Assembly: GCF_009914755.1 (NCBI RefSeq) | Contig: NC_060930.1 | Source: the human T2T-CHM13v2.0 reference genome, Homo sapiens | Length of the DNA: 64,000 bases | Direction: 5' to 3' (one strand) | Shown: positions 51,401-64,000 of the stretch, one piece after another | How positions within the stretch are numbered: position 1 is the stretch's first letter | How the letters are laid out: every line of letters begins with the position of its first letter | Program-made: the position numbers and the translations under genes | The notes under the pieces: model-generated | Seen by the model: the letters and a program-made list of their open reading frames with translations, nothing else | What the model was told of the DNA's origin: nothing | The model's database searches: none

Positions 51401-54400
51401 AACGGGATTTCTTCGTATGAATCTAGACAGAAGAATTCTCAGAAACTTCCTTGTGATGTGTGCATTCAACTCAGCGAGTGGCACCTTCCTTTGGATACAG
51501 CAGTTTTGAAACACTGTTTTTGTAGTATTTCCAAGTGGATATTTAGAGCGCCTTGAAGCCTATGCTAGAAATGGAAATATCTCCCCATAAAACCAAGACA
51601 GAAGCAATCTCAGAAACTAATGTGTGATGGCTGCATTCCACACACACGGTGGACCATTTCTCTTGATAGAGCAGTTTTGAAACACTCTTTCTGTAGAATC
51701 TGCAAGTGGATAATTGGACCTCCTAGAGGCCTTCGTTGGAAACGGGATTTCTTCATCTAAACCTACAGAGAAGAATTCTCAGTAACTTCTTCGGATGTGT
51801 GCATTCGACTCACAGAATGGAACATTCCCTTTGATAGAGCAGTTGTGAGACACCGTTTTTGTAGAATTCCCAAGTGGATATTTAGAGCGCTTTGAAGTCT
51901 CTGCTAGAAAAGGAAACATCTTCATGTAAAAAGTAGATAGAATCGTTCTCAGAAAGTACTTAGTGACGTGTGCGTTCAACTCACAGAGTTTAACGTTTCT
52001 TTTGATAGAGCGTTTCTGAAACACCCTTCTTGTAGTAGCTGCAAGTGGATATTTGGACCTATTGGAGGCCTTCTTTGGAAATGGGATTTCTTCATGTAAC
52101 TCTAGATTGAAGAATTCTCAGAAACTCCTTTGTGATGTGTGCATTCAATTGAAAGAGTGAAACCTCCCTTTTCACAGAGCAGTTTTGAAACACTGTTTTT
52201 GTAGGATTTCCAAGGGGATATTTATAGCGCATTGAGCCTACGGCGGAAAAAGAAACATCTTCCTATAAAAACTAGACAGAATACTTCTCAGAATCTGCTT
52301 TGCGATGTGTGCGTTCAACTCACAGAGTAAAACTTTTCTTTTGATAGAGCAGTTTTGAAACACTCTTTTTGTAGTATTTGCATGTGTATATTTAGAGCGC
52401 ATTGAATCCCACAGTAGAAAAGGAAATAACTTCACCTAAAACCTAGACAGAAGCAATCTCAGAAACTACTTTGTGATGTGTACATTCAACTCACAGAGTG
52501 GAACTTTCCTCTTTATAGAGCAGTGTTGAAACACTCTTTTTGTAGAAACTGCAAGTGGATATTTGGACCTCTTTGAGGCCTTCGTTGGAAACGGGATTTC
52601 TTCCTATAACCCTAGACAGAAGAATTTTCAGAAACCTCATTGTGATGTGTGCGTTCATCTCACAGAGTGGAGTCTTCCGTTTGATAGAGAAGTTTTGAAA
52701 CCCTGTTCTTGTAGGATTTCCAAGTGGATATTTAGACCACTTTGAAGCCTATGATAGAAAAGGAAACATCTTCATGGAAAACATAGATAGAATCATTCTC
52801 AGAAACAACTTTGTGATGTGTGCGTTGAACTCACCGTCTTTAACCTTTCTTTTGGTAGAGAAGTTTTGAAACACTCTCTTTGTAAAGTCTACAAGTGGAT
52901 ATTTTGAGCCCTTGGAGGCATTCTTTGGAAAAGGGAATGTCTTCACATAAAAGGCAGACAGAAGTGTTCTCAGAAACTGCTTTGTGATGTCTGTGTTCAA
53001 CTCACAGAGTTTAACATTTCCTTTGATAGAGCGGTTTAGTAACCCTCTCTTTGTAGAATTTGGAAGTGTATACTAAGAGCGCTTTGAGGCCTATGGTAGA
53101 AAAGGAAATATCTTTCCATAAAAGCTAGACAGAAGCAATCTCAGAAACTCCTTTGTGATGTCTGCATTCAACTCACCGAGTGGAACATTCCTCTTGATAG
53201 AGCAGTTTGGAAACACTCTTTCTGTAGAATCAGCTTGTTTGTATTTGGACCTCCTTGAGGCCTTCGTTGGAAACGGGTTTTCATCTTATAAACCCAGACA
53301 GAAGAATTCTCAGAGTCTTCTTTGTGATGTGTGCTTTCAACTCACCGAGATAAAGATTTCTCTTGATAGAGCAATTTGGAAACACTCTTTTTGTAGAATT
53401 TGCAAGGGTACATTGAGAGCGCTTTCAGGCCTATGGTAGAAAAGGGAATATCTTTCCATAAAAGGTAGACAGAAGCAATCTCAGAAACTACCTTGTGATG
53501 TGTGCATTCAACTCACCGAGTGCAACGTTCCTCTTGACCGAGCAGTTTGGAAACATTGTTTCTGTAGAATCTGCAAGTGGATATTTGGACCTCTTTGAGG
53601 CCTTCGTTGGAAACGGGATTTCTTCCTATAACCCCAGACAGAAGAATTCTCAGAGACTTCTTTGTGATGTGTGAATTCAACTCACAGTGTGGATCCTTCC
53701 TTTTGATAGAGCAGTTTTGAAACCCTGTTTTTGTAGTATTTCCAAGCGGATATTTGGAACGCCTTGAAGCGTATGGTAGAAAAGGAAATATCTTCCCATA
53801 AAACCTAGACAGAACCAATCTCAGAAACGACTTTGTGATGACTGCATTCAAGTCACAGAGTTGAACATTTCTCTTGATAGAGCAGTTTTGAAACCCTCTT
53901 TCTGAAGGATCTGCAAGTGGATATTTGGAACTCCTTTGGGTCTTCGTTGGAAACGGGATTTCTTCGTATAAATCTAGACAGAAGAATTCTCCGAAACTTC
54001 TTTGGTTGTGTGCATTCAAGTCACAGAGTGGAACCTTCCTTTGGATAGAGCAGTTTGAAACGCTGTGGTTGTAGTATTTCCAAGCGGATATTAGAGCGCC
54101 TTGAGGCCTATGGTAGAAAAGGAAATATCTTCCCATAAAACCTAGACGGAAGCAATCTCAGAAACTACTGTGTGATGGCTGCATTCCACACACACGGTGG
54201 AACATTTCTCTTGATAGAGCAGTTTTGAAACACTCTTTCTGTAGAATCTGCAAGTGGATAATTGGACCGCCTTGAGGCCTTCGTTGGAAACGGGATTTCT
54301 TCATGTTACTCTAGATAGAAGAATTCTCAAACACTGCTATGTGATGTTTGCATTCAAGTCACAGAGTGCAACATTCCTCTTGGTAGAGCAGTTGGGAAAC

Positions 54401-54695
54401 ACTCCTTTTGTAGAATCTGCAATGGGATATTTGGACTTCTTTGAGGCCTTCGTTGGAAACGGGATTTCTTCGTATGAATCTAGACAGAAGAATTCTCAGA
54501 AACTTCCTTGTGATGTGTGCATTCAACTCAGCGAGTGGCACCTTCCTTTGGATACAGCAGTTTTGAAACACTGTTTTTGTAGTATTTCCAAGCGGATATT
54601 TAGAGCGCCTTGAAGCCTATGCTAGAAATGGAAATATCTCCCCATAAAACCAAGACAGAAGCAATCTCAGAAACTAATGTGTGATGGCTGCATTC
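39411..54695 (+). repeat. Five canonical 18-mer HORs (starts 39411, 42468, 45525, 48582, 51639)
   Basis: Period 3,057 in both the sequence anchors and the ORF track (39551, 42608, 45665, 48722, 51779). Confidence 0.94.
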
Positions 54696-57600
54696 CACAC
54701 ACACGGTGGACCATTTCTCTTGATAGAGCAGTTTTGAAACACTCTTTCTGTAGAATCTGCAAGTGGATAATTGGACCTCCTAGAGGCCTTCGTTGGAAAC
54801 GGGATTTCTTCATCTAAACCTACAAAGAATTCTCAGTAACTTCTTCGGATGTGTGCATTCGACTCACAGAATGGAACATTCCCTTTGATAGAGCAGTTTT
54901 GAGACACCGTTTTTGTAGAATTCCCAAGTGGATATTTAGAGCACTTTGAAGTCTCTGCTGGAAAAGGAAACATCTTCATGTAAAAAGTAGATAGAATCGT
55001 TCTCAGAAAGTGCTTAGTGACGTGTGCGTTCAACTCACAGAGTTTAACGTTTCTTTTGATAGAGCGTTTCTGAAACACCCTTCTTGTAGTAGCTGCAAGT
55101 GGATATTTGGACCTATTGGAGGCCTTCTTTGGAAATGGGATTTCTTCATGTAACTCTAGATTGAAGAATTCTCAGAAACTCCTTTGTGATGTGTGCATTC
55201 AATTCAAAGAGTGAAACCTCCCTTTTCACAGAGCAGTTTTGAAACACTGTTTTTGTAGGATTTCCAAGGGGATATTTATAGCGCATTGAGCCTACGGCGG
55301 AAAAAGAAACATCTTCCTATAAAAACTAGACAGAATACTTCTCAGAATCTGCTTTGCGATGTGTGCGTTCAACTCACAGAGTAAAACTTTTCTTTTGATA
55401 GAGCAGTTTTGAAACACTCTTTTTGTAGTATTTGCATGTGTATATTTAGAGCGCATTGAAGCCCACAGTAGAAAAGGAAATAACTTCACCTAAAACCTAG
55501 ACAGAAGCAATCTCAGAAACTACTTTGTGATGTGTACATTCAACTCACAGAGTGGAACTTTCCTCTTTATAGAGCAGTGTTGAAACACTCTTTTTGTAGA
55601 AACTGCAAGTGGATATTTGGACCTCTTTGAGGCCTTCGTTGGAAACGGGATTTCTTCCTGTAACCCTAGACAGAAGAATTTTCAGAAACCTCATTGTGAT
55701 GTGTGCGTTCATCTCACAGAGTGGAGTCTTCCGTTTGATAGAGAAGTTTTGAAACCCTGTTCTTGTAGGATTTCCAAGTGGATATTTAGACCACTTTGAA
55801 GCCTATGATAGAAAAGGAAACATCTTCATGGAAAACATAGATAGAATCATTCTCAGAAACAACTTTGTGATGTGTGCGTTGAACTCACCGTCTTTAACCT
55901 TTCTTTTGGTAGAGAAGTTTTGAAACACTCTCTTTGTAAAGTCTACAAGTGGATATTTTGAGCCCTTGGAGGCATTCTTTGGAAAAGGGAATGTCTTCAC
56001 ATAAAAGGCAGACAGAAGTGTTCTCAGAAACTGCTTTGTGATGTCTGTGTTCAACTCACAGAGTTTAACATTTCCTTTGATAGAGCGGTTTAGTAACCCT
56101 CTCTTTGTAGAATTTGGAAGTGTATACTAAGAGCGCTTTGAGGCCTATGGTAGAAAAGGAAATATCTTTCCATAAAAGCTAGACAGAAGCAATCTCAGAA
56201 ACTCCTTTGTGATGTCTGCATTCAACTCACCGAGTGGAACATTCCTCTTGATAGAGCAGTTTGGAAACACTCTTTCTGTAGAATCAGCTTGTTTGTATTT
56301 GGACCTCCTTGAGGCCTTCGTTGGAAACGGGTTTTCATCTTATAAACCCAGACAGAAGAATTCTCAGAGTCTTCTTTGTGATGTGTGCTTTCAACTCACC
56401 GAGATAAAGATTTCTCTTGATAGAGCAATTTGGAAACACTCTTTTTGTAGAATTTGCAAGGGTACATTGAGAGCGCTTTCAGGCCTATGGTAGAAAAGGG
56501 AATATCTTTCCATAAAAGGTAGACAGAAGCAATCTCAGAAACTACCTTGTGATGTGTGCATTCAACTCACCGAGTGCAACGTTCCTCTTGACCGAGCAGT
56601 TTGGAAACATTGTTTCTGTAGAATCTGCAAGTGGATATTTGGACCTCTTTGAGGCCTTCGTTGGAAACGGGATTTCTTCCTATAACCCCAGACAGAAGAA
56701 TTCTCAGAGACTTCTTTGTGATGTGTGAATTCAACTCACAGTGTGGATCCTTCCTTTTGATAGAGCAGTTTTGAAACCCTGTTTTTGTAGTATTTCCAAG
56801 CGGATATTTGGAACGCCTTGAAGCGTATGGTAGAAAAGGAAATATCTTCCCATAAAACCTAGACAGAACCAATCTCAGAAACGACTTTGTGATGACTGCA
56901 TTCAAGTCACAGAGTTGAACATTTCTCTTGATAGAGCAGTTTTGAAACCCTCTTTCTGAAGGATCTGCAAGTGGATATTTGGAACTCCTTTGGGTCTTCG
57001 TTGGAAACGGGATTTCTTCGTATAAATCTAGACAGAAGAATTCTCCGAAACTTCTTTGGTTGTGTGCATTCAAGTCACAGAGTGGAACCTTCCTTTGGAT
57101 AGAGCAGTTTGAAACGCTGTGGTTGTAGTATTTCCAAGCGGATATTAGAGCGCCTTGAGGCCTATGGTAGAAAAGGAAATATCTTCCCATAAAACCTAGA
57201 CGGAAGCAATCTCAGAAACTACTGTGTGATGGCTGCATTCCACACACACGGTGGAACATTTCTCTTGATAGAGCAGTTTTGAAACACTCTTTCTGTAGAA
57301 TCTGCAAGTGGATAATTGGACCGCCTTGAGGCCTTCGTTGGAAACGGGATTTCTTCATGTTACTCTAGATAGAAGAATTCTCAAACACTGCTATGTGATG
57401 TTTGCATTCAAGTCACAGAGTGCAACATTCCTCTTGGTAGAGCAGTTGGGAAACACTCCTTTTGTAGAATCTGCAATGGGATATTTGGACTTCTTTGAGG
57501 CCTTCGTTGGAAACGGGATTTCTTCGTATGAATCTAGACAGAAGAATTCTCAGAAACTTCCTTGTGATGTGTGCATTCAACTCAGCGAGTGGCACCTTCC

Positions 57601-60600
57601 TTTGGATACAGCAGTTTTGAAACACTGTTTTTGTAGTATTTCCAAGCGGATATTTAGAGCGCCTTGAAGCCTATGCTAGAAATGGAAATATCTCCCCATA
57701 AAACCAAGACAGAAGCAATCTCAGAAACTAATGTGTGATGGCTGCATTCCACACACACGGTGGACCATTTCTCTTGATAGAGCAGTTTTGAAACACTCTT
57801 TCTGTAGAATCTGCAAGTGGATAATTGGACCTCCTAGAGGCCTTCGTTGGAAACGGGATTTCTTCATCTAAACCTACAAAGAATTCTCAGTAACTTCTTC
57901 GGATGTGTGCATTCGACTCACAGAATGGAACATTCCCTTTGATAGAGCAGTTTTGAGACACCGTTTTTGTAGAATTCCCAAGTGGATATTTAGAGCACTT
58001 TGAAGTCTCTGCTGGAAAAGGAAACATCTTCATGTAAAAAGTAGATAGAATCGTTCTCAGAAAGTGCTTAGTGACGTGTGCGTTCAACTCACAGAGTTTA
58101 ACGTTTCTTTTGATAGAGCGTTTCTGAAACACCCTTCTTGTAGTAGCTGCAAGTGGATATTTGGACCTATTGGAGGCCTTCTTTGGAAATGGGATTTCTT
58201 CATGTAACTCTAGATTGAAGAATTCTCAGAAACTCCTTTGTGATGTGTGCATTCAATTCAAAGAGTGAAACCTCCCTTTTCACAGAGCAGTTTTGAAACA
58301 CTGTTTTTGTAGGATTTCCAAGGGGATATTTATAGCGCATTGAGCCTACGGCGGAAAAAGAAACATCTTCCTATAAAAACTAGACAGAATACTTCTCAGA
58401 ATCTGCTTTGCGATGTGTGCGTTCAACTCACAGAGTAAAACTTTTCTTTTGATAGAGCAGTTTTGAAACACTCTTTTTGTAGTATTTGCATGTGTATATT
58501 TAGAGCGCATTGAAGCCCACAGTAGAAAAGGAAATAACTTCACCTAAAACCTAGACAGAAGCAATCTCAGAAACTACTTTGTGATGTGTACATTCAACTC
58601 ACAGAGTGGAACTTTCCTCTTTATAGAGCAGTGTTGAAACACTCTTTTTGTAGAAACTGCAAGTGGATATTTGGACCTCTTTGAGGCCTTCGTTGGAAAC
58701 GGGATTTCTTCCTATAACCCTAGACAGAAGAATTTTCAGAAACCTCATTGTGATGTGTGCGTTCATCTCACAGAGTGGAGTCTTCCGTTTGATAGAGAAG
58801 TTTTGAAACCCTGTTCTTGTAGGATTTCCAAGTGGATATTTAGACCACTTTGAAGCCTATGATAGAAAAGGAAACATCTTCATGGAAAACATAGATAGAA
58901 TCATTCTCAGAAACAACTTTGTGATGTGTGCGTTGAACTCACCGTCTTTAACCTTTCTTTTGGTAGAGAAGTTTTGAAACACTCTCTTTGTAAAGTCTAC
59001 AAGTGGATATTTTGAGCCCTTGGAGGCATTCTTTGGAAAAGGGAATGTCTTCACATAAAAGGCAGACGGAAGTGTTCTCAGAAACTGCTTTGTGATGTCT
59101 GTGTTCAACTCACAGAGTTTAACATTTCCTTTGATAGAGCGGTTTAGTAACCCTCTCTTTGTAGAATTTGGAAGTGTATACTAAGAGCGCTTTGAGGCCT
59201 ATGGTAGAAAAGGAAATATCTTTCCATAAAAGCTAGACAGAAGCAATCTCAGAAACTCCTTTGTGATGTCTGCATTCAACTCACCGAGTGGAACATTCCT
59301 CTTGATAGAGCAGTTTGGAAACACTCTTTCTGTAGAATCAGCTTGTTTGTATTTGGACCTCCTTGAGGCCTTCATTGGAAACGGGTTTTCATCTTATAAA
59401 CCCAGACAGAAGAATTCTCAGAGTCTTCTTTGTGATGTGTGCTTTCAACTCACCGAGATAAAGATTTCTCTTGATAGAGCAATTTGGAAACACTCTTTTT
59501 GTAGAATTTGCAAGGGTACATTGAGAGCGCTTTCAGGCCTATGGTAGAAAAGGGAATATCTTTCCATAAAAGGTAGACAGAAGCAATCTCAGAAACTACT
59601 TTGTGATGTGTGCATTCAACTCACCGAGTGCAACGTTCCTCTTGACCGAGCAGTTTGGAAACATTGTTTCTGTAGAATCTGCAAGTGGATATTTGGACCT
59701 CTTTGAGGCCTTCGTTGGAAACGGGATTTCTTCCTATACACCCAGACAGAAGAATTCTCAGAGACTTCTTTGTGATGTGTGAATTCAACTCCAGTGTGGA
59801 TCCTTCCTTTTGATAGAGCAGTTTTGAAACACTGTTTTTGTAGTATTTCCAAGCGGATATTTGGAACGCCTTGAAGCGTATGGTAGAAAAGGAAATATCT
59901 TCCCATAAAACCTAGACAGAACCAATCTCAGAAACGACTTTGTGATGTCTGCATTCAAGTCACAGAGTTGAACATTTCTCTTGATAGAGCAGTTTTGAAA
60001 CCCTCTTTCTGAAGGATCTGCAAGTGGATATTTGGAACTCCTTTGGGTCTTCGTTGGAAACGGGATTTCTTCGTATAAATCTAGACAGAAGAATTCTCCG
60101 AAACTTCTTTGGTTGTGTGCATTCAAGTCACAGAGTGGAAAATTCCTTTGGATAGAGCACTTTGAAACGCTGTGGTTGTAGTATTTCCAAGCGGATATTA
60201 GAGCGCCTTGAGGCCTATGGTAGAAAAGGAAATATCTTCCCATAAAACCTAGACGGAAGCAATCTCAGAAACTACTGTGTGATGGCTGCATTCCACACAC
60301 ACGGTGGAACATTTCTCTTGATAGAGCAGTTTTGAAACACTCTTTCTGTAGAATCTGCAAGTGGATAATTGGACCGCCTTGAGGCCTTCGTTGGAAACGG
60401 GATTTCTTCATGTTACTCTAGATAGAAGAATTCTCAAACACTGCTATGTGATGTTTGCATTCAAGTCACAGAGTGCAACATTCCTCTTGGTAGAGCAGTT
60501 GGGAAACACTCCTTTTGTAGAATCTGCAATGGGATATTTGGACTTCTTTGAGGCCTTCGTTGGAAACGGGATTTCTTCGTATGAATCTAGACAGAAGAAT

Positions 60601-60802
60601 TCTCAGAAACTTCCTTGTGATGTGTGCATTCAACTCAGCGAGTGGCACCTTCCTTTGGATACAGCAGTTTTGAAACACTGTTTTTGTAGTATTTCCAAGC
60701 GGATATTTAGAGCGCCTTGAAGCCTATGCTAGAAATGGAAATATCTCCCCATAAAACCAAGACAGAAGCAATCTCAGAAACTAATGTGTGATGGCTGCAT
60801 TC
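54696..60802 (+). repeat. Two 18-mer HORs with the same 3-bp and 1-bp deletions as 22085-28191
   Basis: CCTACAAAGAATTC near 54824 and 57878; CAACTCCAGTG near 59791. The frameshifted ORF pair at 59616/59785 mirrors 27005/27174. Confidence 0.92.
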
Positions 60803-63800
60803 CACACACACGGTGGACCATTTCTCTTGATAGAGCAGTTTTGAAACACTCTTTCTGTAGAATCTGCAAGTGGATAATTGGACCTCCTAGAGGCCTTCGT
60901 TGGAAACGGGATTTCTTCATCTAAACCTACAGAGAAGAATTCTCAGTAACTTCTTCGGATGTGTGCATTCGACTCACAGAATGGAACATTCCCTTTGATA
61001 GAGCAGTTTTGAGACACCGTTTTTGTAGAATTCCCAAGTGGATATTTAGAGCACTTTGAAGTCTCTGCTAGAAAAGGAAACATCTTCATGTAAAAAGTAG
61101 ATAGAATCGTTCTCAGAAAGTGCTTAGTGACGTGTGCGTTCAACTCACAGAGTTTAACGTTTCTTTTGATAGAGCGTTTCTGAAACACCCTTCTTGTAGT
61201 AGCTGCAAGTGGATATTTGGACCTATTGGAGGCCTTCTTTGGAAATGGGATTTCTTCATGTAACTCTAGATTGAAGAATTCTCAGAAACTCCTTTGTGAT
61301 GTGTGCATTCAATTCAAAGAGTGAAACCTCCCTTTTCACAGAGCAGTTTTGAAACACTGTTTTTGTAGGATTTCCAAGGGGATATTTATAGCGCATTGAG
61401 CCTACGGCGGAAAAAGAAACATCTTCCTATAAAAACTAGACAGAATACTTCTCAGAATCTGCTTTGCGATGTGTGCGTTCAACTCACAGAGTAAAACTTT
61501 TCTTTTGATAGAGCAGTTTTGAAACACTCTTTTTGTAGTATTTGCATGTGTATATTTAGAGCGCATTGAAGCCCACAGTAGAAAAGGAAATAACTTCACC
61601 TAAAACCTAGACAGAAGCAATCTCAGAAACTACTTTGTGATGTGTACATTCAACTCACAGAGTGGAACTTTCCTCTTTATAGAGCAGTGTTGAAACACTC
61701 TTTTTGTAGAAACTGCAAGTGGATATTTGGACCTCTTTGAGGCCTTCGTTGGAAACGGGATTTCTTCCTGTAACCCTAGACAGAAGAATTTTCAGAAACC
61801 TCATTGTGATGTGTGCGTTCATCTCACAGAGTGGAGTCTTCCGTTTGATAGAGAAGTTTTGAAACCCTGTTCTTGTAGGATTTCCAAGTGGATATTTAGA
61901 CCACTTTGAAGCCTATGATAGAAAAGGAAACATCTTCATGGAAAACATAGATAGAATCATTCTCAGAAACAACTTTGTGATGTGTGCGTTGAACTCACCG
62001 TCTTTAACCTTTCTTTTGGTAGAGAAGTTTTGAAACACTCTCTTTGTAAAGTCTACAAGTGGATATTTTGAGCCCTTGGAGGCATTCTTTGGAAAAGGGA
62101 ATGTCTTCACATAAAAGGCAGACAGAAGTGTTCTCAGAAACTGCTTTGTGATGTCTGTGTTCAACTCACAGAGTTTAACATTTCCTTTGATAGAGCGGTT
62201 TAGTAACCCTCTCTTTGTAGAATTTGGAAGTGTATACCAAGAGCGCTTTGAGGCCTATGGTAGAAAAGGAAATATCTTTCCATAAAAGCTAGACAGAAGC
62301 AATCTCAGAAACTCCTTTGTGATGTCTGCATTCAACTCACCGAGTGGAACATTCCTCTTGAGAGAGCAGTTTGGAAACACTCTTTCTGTAGAATCAGCTT
62401 GTTTGTATTTGGACCTCCTTGAGGCCTTCGTTGGAAACGGGTTTTCATCTTATAAACCCAGACAGAAGAATTCTCAGAGTCTTCTTTGTGATGTGTGCTT
62501 TCAACTCACCGAGATAAAGATTTCTCTTGATAGAGCAATTTGGAAACACTCTTTTTGTAGAATTTGCAAGGGTACATTGAGAGCGCTTTCAGGCCTATGG
62601 TAGAAAAGGGAATATCTTTCCATAAAAGGTAGACAGAAGCAATCTCAGAAACTACTTTGTGATGTGTGCATTCAACTCACCGAGTGCAACGTTCCTCTTG
62701 ACCGAGCAGTTTGGAAACATTGTTTCTGTAGAATCTGCAAGTGGATATTTGGACCTCTTTGAGGCCTTCGTTGGAAACGGGATTTCTTCCTATAAACCCA
62801 GACAGAAGAATTCTCAGAGACTTCTTTGTGATGTGTGAATTCAACTCACAGTGTGGATCCTTCCTTTTGATAGAGCAGTTTTGAAACCCTGTTTTTGTAG
62901 TATTTCCAAGCGGATATTTGGAACGCCTTGAAGCGTATGGTAGAAAAGGAAATATCTTCCCATAAAACCTAGACAGAGCCAATCTCAGAAACGACTTTGT
63001 GATGACTGCATTCAAGTCACAGAGTTGAACATTTCTCTTGATAGAGCAGTTTTGAAACCCTCTTTCTGAAGGATCTGCAAGTGGATATTTGGAACTCCTT
63101 TGGGTCTTCGTTGGAAACGGGATTTCTTCGTATAAATCTAGACAGAAGAATTCTCCGAAACTTCTTTGGTTGTGTGCATTCAAGTCACAGAGTGGAACCT
63201 TCCTTTGGATAGAGCAGTTTGAAACGCTGTGGTTGTAGTATTTCCAGGCGGATATTAGAGCGCTTTGAGGCCTATGGTAGAAAAGGAAATATCTTCCCAT
63301 AAAACCTAGACGGAAGCAATCTCAGAAACTACTGTGCGATGGCTGCATTCCACACACACGGTGGAACATTTCTCTTGATAGAGCAGTTTTGAAACACTCT
63401 TTCTGTAGAATCTGCAAGTGGATAATTGGACCGCCTTGAGGCCTTCGTTTGAAACGGGATTTCTTCATGTTACCCTAGATAGAAGAATTCTCAAACACTG
63501 CTATGTGATGTTTGCATTCAAGTCACAGAGTGCAACATTCCTCTTGGTAGAGCAGTTGGGAAACACTCCTTTTGTAGAATCTGCAATGGGATATTTGGAC
63601 TTCTTTGAGGCCTTCGTTGGAAACGGGATTTCTTCGTATGAATCTAGACAGAAGAATTCTCAGAAACTTCCTTGTGATGTGTGCATTCAACTCAGCGAGT
63701 GGCACCTTCCTTTGGATACAGCAGTTTTGAAACACTGTTTTTGTAGTATTTCCAAGCGGATATTTAGAGCGCCTTGAAGCCTATGCTAGAAATGGAAATA

Positions 63801-64000
63801 TCTCCCCATAAAACCAAGACAGAAGCAATCTCAGAAACTAATGTGTGATGGCTGCATTCCACACACATGGTGGACCATTTCTCTTGATAGAGCAGTTTTG
63901 AAACTCTTTTTCTGTAGAATCTGCAAGTGGATAATTGGACCTCCTAGAGGCCTTCGTTGGAAACGGGATTTCTTCATCTAAACCTACAGAGAAGAATTCT
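60803..64000 (+). repeat. One canonical 18-mer HOR (60803-63859) plus the start of the next
   Basis: Anchors at 60803 and 63860. Confidence 0.92.

Larger units (their letters stand above)
1..64000 (+). repeat. Centromeric alpha-satellite HOR array, 18-mer of 3,057 bp; probably human chromosome 6 D6Z1 (S1C6H1L, SF1)
   Basis: Continuous ~170-bp alphoid monomers (e.g. CATTCTCAGAAAC..TTTGTGATGTGTGCATTCAACTCACAGAG..TTTGATAGAGCAGTTTTGAAACACTCTTTTTGTAGAATCTGCAAGTGGATATTTGG). CENP-B boxes are present. The ORF track repeats at 141/3198/6255/9312/12369 (period 3,057 = 18 x ~170). There is one BamHI site per unit (GGATCC 2053-2058), matching the known ~3-kb BamHI repeat of D6Z1. Alpha-satellite identity is certain; the chromosome assignment is from recall. 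Confidence 0.95.

Noticed and set aside
141-63777. The many 60-207 aa ORFs on both strands, including the recurrent 207-aa minus-strand ORF
   Set aside because: They are translations of alpha-satellite monomers. They repeat with the HOR, are internally repetitive at ~57-aa monomer spacing, often depend on non-ATG starts, show no recognisable domain, and are freely frameshifted or truncated by HOR indels.
1-64000. CRISPR-like or other repeat-spacer system suggested by the regularly spaced 17-bp motif
   Set aside because: The intervening sequences are homologous monomers, not unique spacers. The motif is the CENP-B box and there are no cas-like genes.
1-64000. Transposon (L1/Alu) insertion, inversion or non-alphoid island
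   Set aside because: Every anchor-to-anchor distance is explained by monomer-scale events or 1-3 bp indels. I saw no poly-A tail, target-site duplication or strand switch.
1-64000. Claim that this window is the kinetochore site (CENP-A domain / centromere dip region)
   Set aside because: That location is epigenetically defined and cannot be read from sequence; methylation or CENP-A data are needed.

Overview
The whole 64 kb window is primate (most likely human) centromeric alpha satellite: ~170-bp monomers in one orientation, organised as a 3,057-bp 18-monomer higher-order repeat (HOR). Each HOR has one BamHI site and seven intact CENP-B boxes. The HOR length, the monomer count and the A/B dimer-type organisation fit the chromosome 6 active array D6Z1 (S1C6H1L, suprachromosomal family 1). 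That assignment comes from recalled knowledge, not from a database search. The window holds 21 complete HOR-level units plus a partial one. I found no genes, transposon insertions or inversions, and all listed ORFs are satellite translation artefacts. I found no new gene system. The interesting signal is the recombination history: a 6-monomer insertion, a 2-monomer (337-bp) deletion with two different breakpoints, a 36-68-bp monomer-swap patch that shares a breakpoint with one deletion, three tandem XhoI-marked 16-mers, a 6,114-bp two-HOR tandem duplication, long-range block copies at offsets 32,611 and 39,410 bp, and several CENP-B box mutations. SNP comparisons were made by eye and may miss sites. 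Monomer numbers (M1-M18) are my own, counted from the window start.
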